A stretch of DNA of 64,000 bases. Origin: a bacterium (GTDB lineage: Bacteria; Patescibacteriota; Microgenomatia; Curtissbacterales; GWA2-41-24). The stretch is from contig JAKALT010000005.1 of NCBI GenBank assembly GCA_021813125.1, forward strand, positions 107 to 64,106, in the 5' to 3' direction. A program made the translations under genes and the position numbers. Position 1 is the stretch's first letter, and each line of letters opens with the position of its first letter. Below are positions 38,778-47,532 of this stretch, piece after piece. The notes under the pieces were generated by a model, which was given only the letters and a program-made list of their open reading frames with translations, made no database searches and had not been told where the DNA came from.

Positions 38778-40478
38778 ATGCCACATTTGTTTTTTCAAAT
38801 CGCGTCTGTTTTGGTTTTGGCCACACTTTTGGGTATTTTGGCAAGAGTTTTTAAACAGCCGCTTATAATCGCCTATATTTTTACAGGGATTATTATTTCC
38901 TATGTTGGATTGTTTCGCGAGATAAGCCAAGGAGTTTTTGATTTACTTTCAAATTTTGGCATTGCTTTTCTTTTGTTTTTAATCGGAATTGATTTAAGAA
39001 TTGAGGATTTAAAGTTTGTTGGCCGGGCTGCAATTTATACGGGTTTAGGGCAGATACTTTTTACGACTTTGGTGGGTTTTGTTGTCGTCAGCGCTTTAGG
39101 TTTTTCGATGGTGCCAGCTTTTTATATTGCCTTTGCTATCACTTTTTCCTCGACTGTGATTATTGTTAAGCTTCTGGCCGAAAAAAACGATTTGCAATCT
39201 TTGCACGGCAAGATTGCTGTAGGTTTTTTACTGGTACAGGATTTTGTGGCAATTTTAACGTTGATGGTGCTTTCAGGTTTCGGCAAAGGCGGCCAGATTC
39301 CAGGAGCGGGGGAAATTCTTTTGATTTTTGCAAAAGGAGCAGTGCTAATTGCCGTAACATATATTGTTTCAAAGTATGCATTAAAGTCGATTTTTAGACT
39401 GGTTTCAACCTCTGTTGAGCTTTTGTTTGTTGCCGCTATTTCCTGGGCGTTTATAATGTCAGCGCTGGCGGAACAGGCAGGATTTTCGGTTGCAATAGGA
39501 GCGTTTTTGGCAGGCGTAGCAATTGCCGCATCCCCGTATAGGATTCAAATTTCCGGAAGAGTGAAGCCGCTTCGAGACTTTTTTGTAGTGGTGTTTTTTA
39601 TCCTTTTGGGATTGACCCTTTCCAAGGGAACATCCGGTCTTGTGCCGTCACATATCATTATCCTTACCTTATTTATATTGATTGGCAACCCGCTTATTGC
39701 GATGGCCATTATGATGACTTTGAAATTCCGAAACCGGACAGCCTTTTTGGCTTCGGTAACCGTCGCGCAGGTTTCTGAATTTTCCTTAATTTTGATGGCA
39801 ACAGGTGCAAGGCTTGGGCAGGTTACTTCTTCCGAAGTTGCGTTAGTTGCGGCGGTTGCAATTACAACGATTACTCTTTCATCCTATCTTATTTTATATG
39901 GGGATAGGATTTACAGATTTATTAGCGCGCCGATGGCCAGACTTTTTCCGGAAAAACAACATGATCCATATGTTGCAAATCGCGAAAATTTAAAAGACCA
40001 TGTGGTTTTGGTCGGGGGCGAACAAATGGGTTGGGATATACTAGATTTTTTGAAAGGCAAAATTTCCGACCGTGACCAGATAGTGGTTGTGGACTTCAAC
40101 CCAAAAATTTTCAATTCACTTAAGGCTTCCGGTTTTAATGCTGTTTTTGGTGATATTTCCGATCCTGAAGTTTTAGAGGAGTTGGAACTTGGACGCGCCA
40201 GACTTCTTATTATTACGGACCCGGATATTTCGGACAGCCATCAGATTATCGCCTTTGCAAGAGAAAAAAATTACAAGGGCCCGGTTATTGGAACCAGTTA
40301 CTGGATTCACGATGCCGTGAAACTTTATGAGATGGGTGCGGATTATGTGGTCGTGCCGGAAACGGTTGGCGGGAAACATATTGCCAGGATCCTTTCGGAG
40401 CATTGGGATAATTTATCCAAAATGAAAAAGGAAAAGAGCAAGCATTTTGAGGAACTTCTGGCGCATAAGATTTTCTAG
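38778..40478 (+). CDS. Cation:proton antiporter (CPA2/Kef) with TrkA-N domain
   Basis: FSST, LLVQD, GAFLAG and SEF motifs; C-terminal GD..GADYVV. Confidence 0.92.
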   Translation: MPHLFFQIASVLVLATLLGILARVFKQPLIIAYIFTGIIISYVGLFREISQGVFDLLSNFGIAFLLFLIGIDLRIEDLKFVGRAAIYTGLGQILFTTLVGFVVVSALGFSMVPAFYIAFAITFSSTVIIVKLLAEKNDLQSLHGKIAVGFLLVQDFVAILTLMVLSGFGKGGQIPGAGEILLIFAKGAVLIAVTYIVSKYALKSIFRLVSTSVELLFVAAISWAFIMSALAEQAGFSVAIGAFLAGVAIAASPYRIQISGRVKPLRDFFVVVFFILLGLTLSKGTSGLVPSHIIILTLFILIGNPLIAMAIMMTLKFRNRTAFLASVTVAQVSEFSLILMATGARLGQVTSSEVALVAAVAITTITLSSYLILYGDRIYRFISAPMARLFPEKQHDPYVANRENLKDHVVLVGGEQMGWDILDFLKGKISDRDQIVVVDFNPKIFNSLKASGFNAVFGDISDPEVLEELELGRARLLIITDPDISDSHQIIAFAREKNYKGPVIGTSYWIHDAVKLYEMGADYVVVPETVGGKHIARILSEHWDNLSKMKKEKSKHFEELLAHKIF

Positions 40479-40526
40479 TGTTTGTAGGTGTTGCAGGGGC
40501 CTGATAAAATGAAATAGAGGTAATTT

Positions 40527-40699
40527 ATGGGATCTTTCGGTGAGTATTTTATATCAGCAGGTCGCCTTGGCACCTTTCACCCCGTCAGACGGGGTTTCAG
40601 TCATGCCAATGGCGCTCCTCTGATATAAAAATAGGTTATTTAAAAAGCAGTAAAGAGTTTGTAACTAAAATAGGAGAATAACGTATGGGGTCTTTCGGT
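40527..40699 (+). other. Duplicated-start hairpin element at a small basic protein gene
   Basis: ATG GGA TCT TTC GGT ... ATATCAGCAGG...CTCCTCTGATAT ... AGGAG ... ATG GGG TCT TTC GGT (MGSFG encoded twice). Confidence 0.85.
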
Positions 40700-40822
40700 G
40701 GTTTTTATAAAGGTGAGAAGAAAAAGCAGAAGAAAGAAGTTTTAGAGAAGAAAGCTTCGCATATTCCGAAAGTTAATGTAGTGCCGCAAGTTGAGATAAT
40801 CGGCAGCAAAAAAGGGAAGTAG
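40685..40822 (+). CDS. Small Lys-rich protein (45 aa); not in ORF track
   Basis: SD AGGAG; MGSFGGFYKGEKKKQKKEVLEKKASHIPKVNVVPQVEIIGSKKGK. Confidence 0.7.
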   Translation: MGSFGGFYKGEKKKQKKEVLEKKASHIPKVNVVPQVEIIGSKKGK

Positions 40823-40870
40823 TTTTTTGCTTTTTAAAAGCAGTCGGGCAGCAAAGTAAATATTTATTGC

Positions 40871-41860
40871 ATGACCCGACAAGCTCCATATAAACGGAAT
40901 GAACCCAGGAACAGAGGAACGCTGCTTTCTGTTTTGATCTGTTTGGTCCTTGCCCTTCTAATTTTTTCAGGACTACTTAAGACTTTTAAATTTCCGGGTC
41001 ACAACAGTTCTAAAAGCTACAGCTGGGATAAGCAGTCGTCTTTTGCAGTTGCGCTAGAAACCGAGCCCCCAAGCGTTTTGGTTTTTCAAAAAGATCCGTC
41101 AAGGATAATTTTTTTGACCGTTGACAAAAACTTATATTTTGAAAGAGGAAGTTTAAAATCTATAAAACAAATAAGTTCGGCAATGCAGGGAAGAGGCAAG
41201 GAGTTTTCGGATTCAATGTCGCTTGTTTTTGGAGTCCCAATTAAAAACTATGTAAAATTTTCCAAAGTGCAAGGAATGGATAATTTATCTGCTAAGCAAC
41301 TGTTTAAAAGTTTTGCATCATTGGGTACGCCTTTTGTGATTTTAACCGGCGGGAAGCCCTCGTATGTAAAGGACACAAATATTACTCGTTCAGATGCATT
41401 AAGCCTGTGGTGGCAAGCTAAAAGCTTAAGTATAAATGATATAAAATTGGCCGATCTTTCCGGTATGAATGAAGAAATACTAGCCGGCAATACAAAGGTG
41501 TTGGGGGCCGATACTTTATCAATAAACCGCGAAATAGGGAATTATCTAGACAACCCGAATATCGAGAAGGATGGTTATAAAATTATAATTGTTAACGAAT
41601 CACAAAACCCATACTCGGGTGTAGTTGCAGCCCGGTTTGTTTCGGTTGTTGGTGGAAATGTGATTTCGACTGAAGATGGGGCACAACGCCGCCAAAAATG
41701 CCAGATTGTTGTTGATAAACCTGGGGATTACACACCCTCTTATTTGGCAAATATGCTTGGCTGTGATATAAGTAATCTCGAAATTAAGGGTCCGAATGGC
41801 CACGATAAGGCAATAACAATTTACCTTGGCCAGGATTTTTCTGAAAGGTACTTTCAATGA
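40871..41860 (+). CDS. LCP/LytR C-terminal domain-like envelope protein
   Basis: TM helix; TNIT..D, I.N.S and ITIYLGQDF motifs. Confidence 0.6.
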   Translation: MTRQAPYKRNEPRNRGTLLSVLICLVLALLIFSGLLKTFKFPGHNSSKSYSWDKQSSFAVALETEPPSVLVFQKDPSRIIFLTVDKNLYFERGSLKSIKQISSAMQGRGKEFSDSMSLVFGVPIKNYVKFSKVQGMDNLSAKQLFKSFASLGTPFVILTGGKPSYVKDTNITRSDALSLWWQAKSLSINDIKLADLSGMNEEILAGNTKVLGADTLSINREIGNYLDNPNIEKDGYKIIIVNESQNPYSGVVAARFVSVVGGNVISTEDGAQRRQKCQIVVDKPGDYTPSYLANMLGCDISNLEIKGPNGHDKAITIYLGQDFSERYFQ

Positions 41861-42387
41861 TCTTTGTAATACTCGGCACAGTAGTTTTGGTAGCATCGTT
41901 TTTGATTGCCCTTGTTTCTCTTTTAAAAGAGCAGAATAAGGTTGGAGATACCGACGATGTTTCGGCAAAGCCACAAAAAAGCCCAAGTGTGGGTAAGAGT
42001 GGGGTTAAAGTGGGGCCAGTTGCGGTAAGTACTACCATAAGCGAGCCAAGCGTAGACGCATCAAAACCGGTGGTCGGCAGAGAACTTTTCCCCTGGGAAG
42101 AAGGGAAGTATAAGGCTGCAGGTCCAGGAGTAGAGGCGGACAGGGCCAAGGTAGAGGCTCTACGAAGTCAGCTTGCCGAACTTAAGAAGCAGGCCGGGGT
42201 GCAAAACATTGACCGCCGGCCGTTGCAGGAGGAGCCGGCAGTGCCCGGGCAAGTTGAACCTCGGGTGGAAGCTCCGCTTCAACAGGAAGTGCAAATTCCG
42301 GCGGAGCCTGAAGAGCAACTAATAGTTCAAAAACCGGTACAAAGGCTCACCGGTGAAGTTTCTATTTCAGATTTAAAGGGTCAATAG
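41857..42387 (+). CDS. Hypothetical membrane-anchored protein
   Basis: N-terminal TM; coupled to the upstream gene. Confidence 0.65.
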   Translation: MIFVILGTVVLVASFLIALVSLLKEQNKVGDTDDVSAKPQKSPSVGKSGVKVGPVAVSTTISEPSVDASKPVVGRELFPWEEGKYKAAGPGVEADRAKVEALRSQLAELKKQAGVQNIDRRPLQEEPAVPGQVEPRVEAPLQQEVQIPAEPEEQLIVQKPVQRLTGEVSISDLKGQ

Positions 42388-42389
42388 CC

Positions 42390-43088
42390 TCAGGCAAAGG
42401 CCAGGTGTTTTTCTTCGTTGTGGTTTTCAGCAAAAGAGGGCTGATTTGTGAATTTATTGGACCTTTCGATTTCCCGGATAAAAATAGTAAGGCTTTTAGT
42501 GGTTGCGTACTTGACGAAAACTTCGTATTTGTTCCCACCGGATATGAAGCCGATTAGCTTAAACGAAAGGTCGTCCGGGAGTGCACCAAGATAAGTTCCG
42601 TCTTCCCGTGCGATTGCAACCGAATGCTTTTTGGGAAGGATTGTTACCTTGTCTCCGCAATTAAGTCCCGCCAAAATGGAGGGGGAGGCCAGATTCAGAA
42701 GGTTTATAACCTTTGTTTTGCCGGGTTCAAAAACAAAGATAGCTGAAAGGTCACCGGTGGTACCATTGCCGTTTGTGAAGGTTGCGATTTGGCCATCACC
42801 CTTGAGTTTTGTGATTTTCTCCTGATTTTTCTTGGCAATTACGTTGTAGGGGTCCAGTTCCAAAACCTTTTGGTAGGTTTTATTGGCCTTTGTGACTTGA
42901 CCAAGACAGCATTGGGCCCGTGCCAGTCGGTTTAAGGCGGGAACGTTTTGGGGATCCAGTTTGACGATTTTATCGTTTATCTTTGCAGCCTCTTCCCAGT
43001 TTGATTTGAGGGCTTGCTCTATAGCCAGCTGGCTTAGCAGGTCGCAGTTAGTGACATTCTGCCACTTGCTTTGATCGATTGGAAGCAT
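42390..43088 (-). CDS. Tetratricopeptide repeat protein
   Basis: ALNRLARA..G..KA..YQKVLELDPYN. Confidence 0.8.
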   Translation of the reverse strand: MLPIDQSKWQNVTNCDLLSQLAIEQALKSNWEEAAKINDKIVKLDPQNVPALNRLARAQCCLGQVTKANKTYQKVLELDPYNVIAKKNQEKITKLKGDGQIATFTNGNGTTGDLSAIFVFEPGKTKVINLLNLASPSILAGLNCGDKVTILPKKHSVAIAREDGTYLGALPDDLSFKLIGFISGGNKYEVFVKYATTKSLTIFIREIERSNKFTNQPSFAENHNEEKHLAFA

Positions 43089-43274
43089 AGCAAGTAAATT
43101 AGAACATCCCTGCAAAGTAGTCAATAAGTGAAAATAATGACACGTTTTTGAATAAATTGAGTACTCGCCTTGTTCAAAAATGTTTTTAGAAGTTGTTTTT
43201 TGGAAATTTGGGGAGTATATTATGTGGCTATGGCAAGCTGAGATAGGCTTAATCCTACCCCGACTCAGTTTAGT

Positions 43275-44108
43275 GTGGGCGTAACCTTTAGAGAACTTTA
43301 CGGAATGGCTGGACTAGTCAGACGCGAGGAATTAGTTGCACAGATTCGAAGAGAGATTGACAAGACTCAATCCAGAAATGCAATTTGGGCGGAGGAAAGG
43401 TTAAAAGAATTAAGGGTTGCAAGAAAGGAACCTCTTTTGGACGTAGTGGTTGCAAGCGAAAATGGTGATGTAGTCCATTCGCTTTCAACATATCGCTCCT
43501 ATGCCAATAACGCTCAATTAGCCCTAACAGTTGATGATCTGGCCGCGTTTACTAGGCAAAATGAAATGTTTGCGTATCCGATCACGCCAGAAAATGATAC
43601 CGTATTGTTATGGCATCAGCGCGATGATGAGCGGCTACAGCATGTTGTCAAGAACAGATTCGGCCCGGTCGATGTTGAAGATTACGCTGTTAACGGGAAT
43701 AAAACTTGCGTTAGGATTGCGAGAATTAGAGGCGGTTTAATGGGTAAGGGTAGATTTGCCGATGTGAATGTAATATACGGCAGGCTGGGGTTTTGGGCTA
43801 ACCGTAAGCTTGCAATGGGAATGAATGGGGCCAGGACTTTAATTGAAAGAGCCTATTTTAAACAGTCGGAATTACTTGTCCGGGATGCGTTTGTGTCGCC
43901 ACTGGATCGTGATGAGATTTCGAAAAGAGGTGGGGTGCCAATGGGTTCAAGGCAGCTTGGGGTTGATGTTGTCAGGGTTGACGCTTCTAAAACGCACAAC
44001 GATTTTATTGCTAACGCCTTAGAAGGAACGTTAGAGTTTCCATACCCTGTTGTTTTGGGATACTCTACCTTGCGGCAATGGAAGGGTGAAGTTCCCGGGC
44101 GCAGGTAA
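43275..44108 (+). CDS. Hypothetical protein (possibly with an early nonsense codon)
   Basis: 277-aa ORF; in-frame ATG at 43230 is followed by TGA at codon 4. Confidence 0.55.
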   Translation: MGVTFRELYGMAGLVRREELVAQIRREIDKTQSRNAIWAEERLKELRVARKEPLLDVVVASENGDVVHSLSTYRSYANNAQLALTVDDLAAFTRQNEMFAYPITPENDTVLLWHQRDDERLQHVVKNRFGPVDVEDYAVNGNKTCVRIARIRGGLMGKGRFADVNVIYGRLGFWANRKLAMGMNGARTLIERAYFKQSELLVRDAFVSPLDRDEISKRGGVPMGSRQLGVDVVRVDASKTHNDFIANALEGTLEFPYPVVLGYSTLRQWKGEVPGRR

Positions 44109-44202
44109 TTTTCAGTTTTAATCTGCTATATCTTCCTCTGCTGACGCAGAGCGACACATATAAGATTGTTCTAAAAACGAGACTGATATATAATTTTTTC
44201 CA

Positions 44203-44341
44203 ATGAGCGGACATAGTAAATGGTCAACGATATCAGCCATGCAAATTTATTTAATTAATATAAAGGTTTATGGAAGCATCCTGATATTGTGCTCAACAAA
44301 AGGAGATTTATATGTCAGGTCATAGTAAGTGGAGCACAATT
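44203..44341 (+). other. Duplicated-start hairpin element at yebC
   Basis: MSGHSKWSTI encoded twice with different codons; ATATCAG (44230) and CTGATAT (44281) arms; SD AAGGAG before copy 2. Confidence 0.88.
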
Positions 44342-45052
44342 AAACGACAAAAGGGCGTGACGGATGCTAAGCGCAGCCAGGCTTTCACGAAAATGGCAAA
44401 CGCGATAACTATTGCCGTCCGTGAAGGCGGTGGTGATCCTGCTTCTAATTTTAAATTACGGCTGGCAATCGATTCTGCTAGGGCTGTTAATACGCCGAAT
44501 GTTAATATCCAGCGCGCAATTGATAGGGGTCTGGGAAAAGGTGGAGCAGCGGCGATAGAAACCGTGGTCTACGAAGGTTACGGGCCAAGTAAGGTGGCAA
44601 TTATTGTGGAGGCGGCAACAGATAACAAAAACCGCACAACACCGGAAATCCGCGGAACAATTGAAAAAAATGGTGGGGTATTTGCCTCACCGGGTGCAGT
44701 TTCCTGGATGTTTAGTGATGTCGGAATGATTACGGTTGTCAAGGATAATAAGTCACTCGACGATGTTTTTGAGGCAGCGGTAGAAGCTGGGGCGGACGAT
44801 GTTGAGGATAGCGGGGAATCGGTTGAGGTTTATACAAAACCACATGATGTTGAAAAGGTTAAGAATGCACTAGCGGAAAAAGGGTTTACAATCCAGGGAG
44901 CGGAACTATTTAAAAAACCTACAACAACAGTTTTAATTTCCGAAAAAGCGCAAGCGGAAAAAGTTTTGGCATTTGTAGAAAAGTTGGAGGATTTGGACGA
45001 TGTGCAAAAAGTCTACAGCAACTTCGATATTCCAGAGAATTTGCTTCAGTAA
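44312..45052 (+). CDS. yebC: YebC/PmpR family protein
   Basis: MSGHSKW, YEGYGP, TDNKNRT and DDVQKVYSN motifs. Confidence 0.96.
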   Translation: MSGHSKWSTIKRQKGVTDAKRSQAFTKMANAITIAVREGGGDPASNFKLRLAIDSARAVNTPNVNIQRAIDRGLGKGGAAAIETVVYEGYGPSKVAIIVEAATDNKNRTTPEIRGTIEKNGGVFASPGAVSWMFSDVGMITVVKDNKSLDDVFEAAVEAGADDVEDSGESVEVYTKPHDVEKVKNALAEKGFTIQGAELFKKPTTTVLISEKAQAEKVLAFVEKLEDLDDVQKVYSNFDIPENLLQ

Positions 45053-45090
45053 AACTTGAAACGTTAGAGTCGTTTGAATATATTAAAAAT

Positions 45091-45507
45091 ATGCCAGAAA
45101 CACAGGAAAGCGAAAGAAAAGTAAGAGTTATCCCATTCGGTGAATTAGATCCGCAGGAAGCTGCGCATTTTATAAATTGGGATCTTGAAAATGTTGAAAG
45201 TGAAACAAGAGGAGATCATACATCTGTTATGACCCGCGAAGATCAGGGTTATTATGCCGGAATGTCGCTTTGGAACAGTCCTGAAAAGAAAAGGGTTTCA
45301 TTTGACTCAGCGAACTTTGATAACAGTTTTCATATTAACAGCCCAGAAACGGTTGAATTTGATGATGAAAAAAGAAGTATTAAAATCATTGGTGAAGATG
45401 GTAAGTATCTTCTACTGACTCGGGGTTCAATTGAATTTATTGATAATAATGTAAGATATTCTATTGATTTCTCAAAAGCGGCAGTACCACCACCTAATTC
45501 ATATTAA
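45091..45507 (+). CDS. Hypothetical protein
   Basis: 138-aa ORF. Confidence 0.6.
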   Translation: MPETQESERKVRVIPFGELDPQEAAHFINWDLENVESETRGDHTSVMTREDQGYYAGMSLWNSPEKKRVSFDSANFDNSFHINSPETVEFDDEKRSIKIIGEDGKYLLLTRGSIEFIDNNVRYSIDFSKAAVPPPNSY

Positions 45508-45535
45508 ATTGGTAATTCCTTAATTGAATGAGATC

Positions 45536-45832
45536 TACAAATCCATCCTAAATTCCAAGCCCCATTTTTTGGGAACTTACTTTTTAGAATTAGGGAGAGA
45601 TTTTTGCAAATATTTATCTGCCAAGAACATTACAATCATTGCAACAATTACTGCAAACGAAAGTGCACCGTAAGATTGAGCTGGTTCTAATTTGGGGAGC
45701 AGAATACTAAATACCCACATCACTACTACCATGGTTATCCAACCGATAAGCAAATCAATGATAAGTCTCATTAAGTTCTTCATAGTTTTAAATTATTACA
45801 AATCCATCCTAAATTCCAAGCCCCATTTTTTG
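45536..45832. repeat. Exact 36-bp direct repeat of the GNAT gene 3' end flanking a small gene
   Basis: TACAAATCCATCCTAAATTCCAAGCCCCATTTTTTG at 45536-45571 and 45797-45832. Confidence 0.9.
45577..45783 (-). CDS. Small two-TM membrane protein
   Basis: 68 aa with two hydrophobic helices. Confidence 0.65.
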   Translation of the reverse strand: MKNLMRLIIDLLIGWITMVVVMWVFSILLPKLEPAQSYGALSFAVIVAMIVMFLADKYLQKSLPNSKK

Positions 45833-46224
45833 AAGCCTAATTTTTCGTAGAGCTTGTGTGCGTCGGTGCGGTCGGTCCCGGATGTGAAGAGGATTTTATA
45901 GCAGTTTCTGGCACGGGCAAGTTCGAAAATTTTATCAAACATTTTTGTGCCGATACCCTGGCCGCGGGTGGACTCATCGACCACCAAACCTTCCAATAAG
46001 GCATAAGGGCGACTCCTAATTGGTACTTCTATATAATATATGGCGGCTGTTGCTGCGACTTTTCCAGATTCATCCCTGGCTACCAAGACATCACAGGTAT
46101 CGTCGGCAAGCTGTTTTTCTAAAGCATCTCTTGCTCCGTCTGCAATTTTTTCGGTGCGGTAAATTTGGGTTTGAAGATTTAAGATTGCGTCGATGTCAGC
46201 AGGTGTTGCGATTGCTATTTCCAT
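45796..46224 (-). CDS. GNAT family acetyltransferase
   Basis: LVVD..RGQGIG, LYEKLGF; start trimmed to MEIAIAT. Confidence 0.9.
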   Translation of the reverse strand: MEIAIATPADIDAILNLQTQIYRTEKIADGARDALEKQLADDTCDVLVARDESGKVAATAAIYYIEVPIRSRPYALLEGLVVDESTRGQGIGTKMFDKIFELARARNCYKILFTSGTDRTDAHKLYEKLGFKKWGLEFRMDL

Positions 46225-46280
46225 GAGGATATTGTAAATGATTTGCCCACAACAATCCAAGTTTATGATAAAATTTCCAG

Positions 46281-47516
46281 GTGAAGTTATACGAATTTGA
46301 AGGCCACAACCTTTTTTCAAAAGTAGGAATTGCGAGCCCTTTTTTTGTGGCTTGTTCCAATATGGATGAAGTGGAGCAGGCAAGAAAGCGTTTGAAATTC
46401 CCGATAGTTGCCAAGGTTCAGGTGCTTTCCGGCAAGCGCGGAAAAGGCGGGGGGATAAAGATTTGCACAAACGAAAAACAACTAAATGATTTTTGTCGTG
46501 GAATGTTTGGAGCAGAATTTAGTGGGGAAGGGGTACGATTTATATCTCTTGCCGAAAAAGCGCAAATCGAGGGCGAATATTATGCTTCCATAACTTATGA
46601 CACAACTTTGAAAATTCCATTTCTTTTGTTTTCCAAAAGCGGGGGAATGGATATAGAAGAGGTTAAAAAGAATTCACCGGAGGAAATTTTAAGGTTTGAC
46701 ATAAACCCTTTTTCGGGTCCAGACAAAACGAATCTTTCAAAAAAATTAAAAGACGAAACGCTGGCGGATTTCTTAATTAGGCTTTGGGATGCGTTTATAA
46801 GATACGATTGCCGGCTGGTTGAGGTTAATCCTGTCGCAAAGGTTGGAGACGATTATCTGGCTGTTGATGCCAAGATAATTTTGGATGATGCAGGCCTTGC
46901 AAGGCATCGAGATTTGGATGTATTGCAAAAGGGTTCTGCAGGCGCTATTCCGACGGAGCGGGAACTTGCGGCCCGAAAAATCGATGAAGAAGATTATCGC
47001 GGTAGTGCGGGTTCGACATTTATAGAATTCGGCGGGGATATTGCGGTTTTGGCGTCCGGCGGCGGCGCATCACTTCTGGTAATGGATGCCCTGTCTGAAG
47101 CAGGCGGAAAACCTTCTAACTACACCGAATATTCCGGAAATCCGCCGAGAGAAAAAGTAGAGAAGCTTACAAAAATCACATTGTCAAAAGAAGGTCTAAG
47201 CGGCTGTTTGGTTTGCGGGGCTGTTGCAAATTTTACGGATATTTATGAAACGCTGGCGGGTTTTGCCGATGGACTGGCGGAAGTAAAACCGAAACCTGAT
47301 TATCCGATTGTTATTCGTCGCGGTGGGCCAAGGCAAAAGGAAGCTTACGAAATGCTGGAGAAGTTAGCAAAAAAAGAAGGTTTTGATATTCATCTTTTTG
47401 GGCCGGAAACACCGATTTCGGTTGCATGCCGGGAAATGGTTAGGCTTTCTGAGAAATTCAAATCCAGTGAAAAAGGTCAGGCCTTTTTACAAGAAGTATC
47501 AAAGGTTAAGGCCTGA
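46281..47516 (+). CDS. aclB: ATP-citrate lyase beta-like subunit (ATP-grasp plus citrate-binding domain)
   Basis: MKLYEFEG and KRGKGG, plus ACL-type SGGGAS, NYTEYSG, VANFT and RRGGP motifs. Confidence 0.8.
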   Translation: MKLYEFEGHNLFSKVGIASPFFVACSNMDEVEQARKRLKFPIVAKVQVLSGKRGKGGGIKICTNEKQLNDFCRGMFGAEFSGEGVRFISLAEKAQIEGEYYASITYDTTLKIPFLLFSKSGGMDIEEVKKNSPEEILRFDINPFSGPDKTNLSKKLKDETLADFLIRLWDAFIRYDCRLVEVNPVAKVGDDYLAVDAKIILDDAGLARHRDLDVLQKGSAGAIPTERELAARKIDEEDYRGSAGSTFIEFGGDIAVLASGGGASLLVMDALSEAGGKPSNYTEYSGNPPREKVEKLTKITLSKEGLSGCLVCGAVANFTDIYETLAGFADGLAEVKPKPDYPIVIRRGGPRQKEAYEMLEKLAKKEGFDIHLFGPETPISVACREMVRLSEKFKSSEKGQAFLQEVSKVKA

Positions 47517-47520
47517 CCTT
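47473..47520. repeat. REP-like inverted repeat supplying the aclB C-terminus and stop
   Basis: AAGGTCAGGCCTT-N22-AAGGCCTGACCTT. Confidence 0.8.
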
Positions 47521-47532
47521 AACAAAAGAATT

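Noticed and set aside
43230-43241. Genome-wide TGA recoding (code 25 or 4)
   Set aside because: Conserved genes such as ychF, pyrH and yerC end at TGA at the expected lengths
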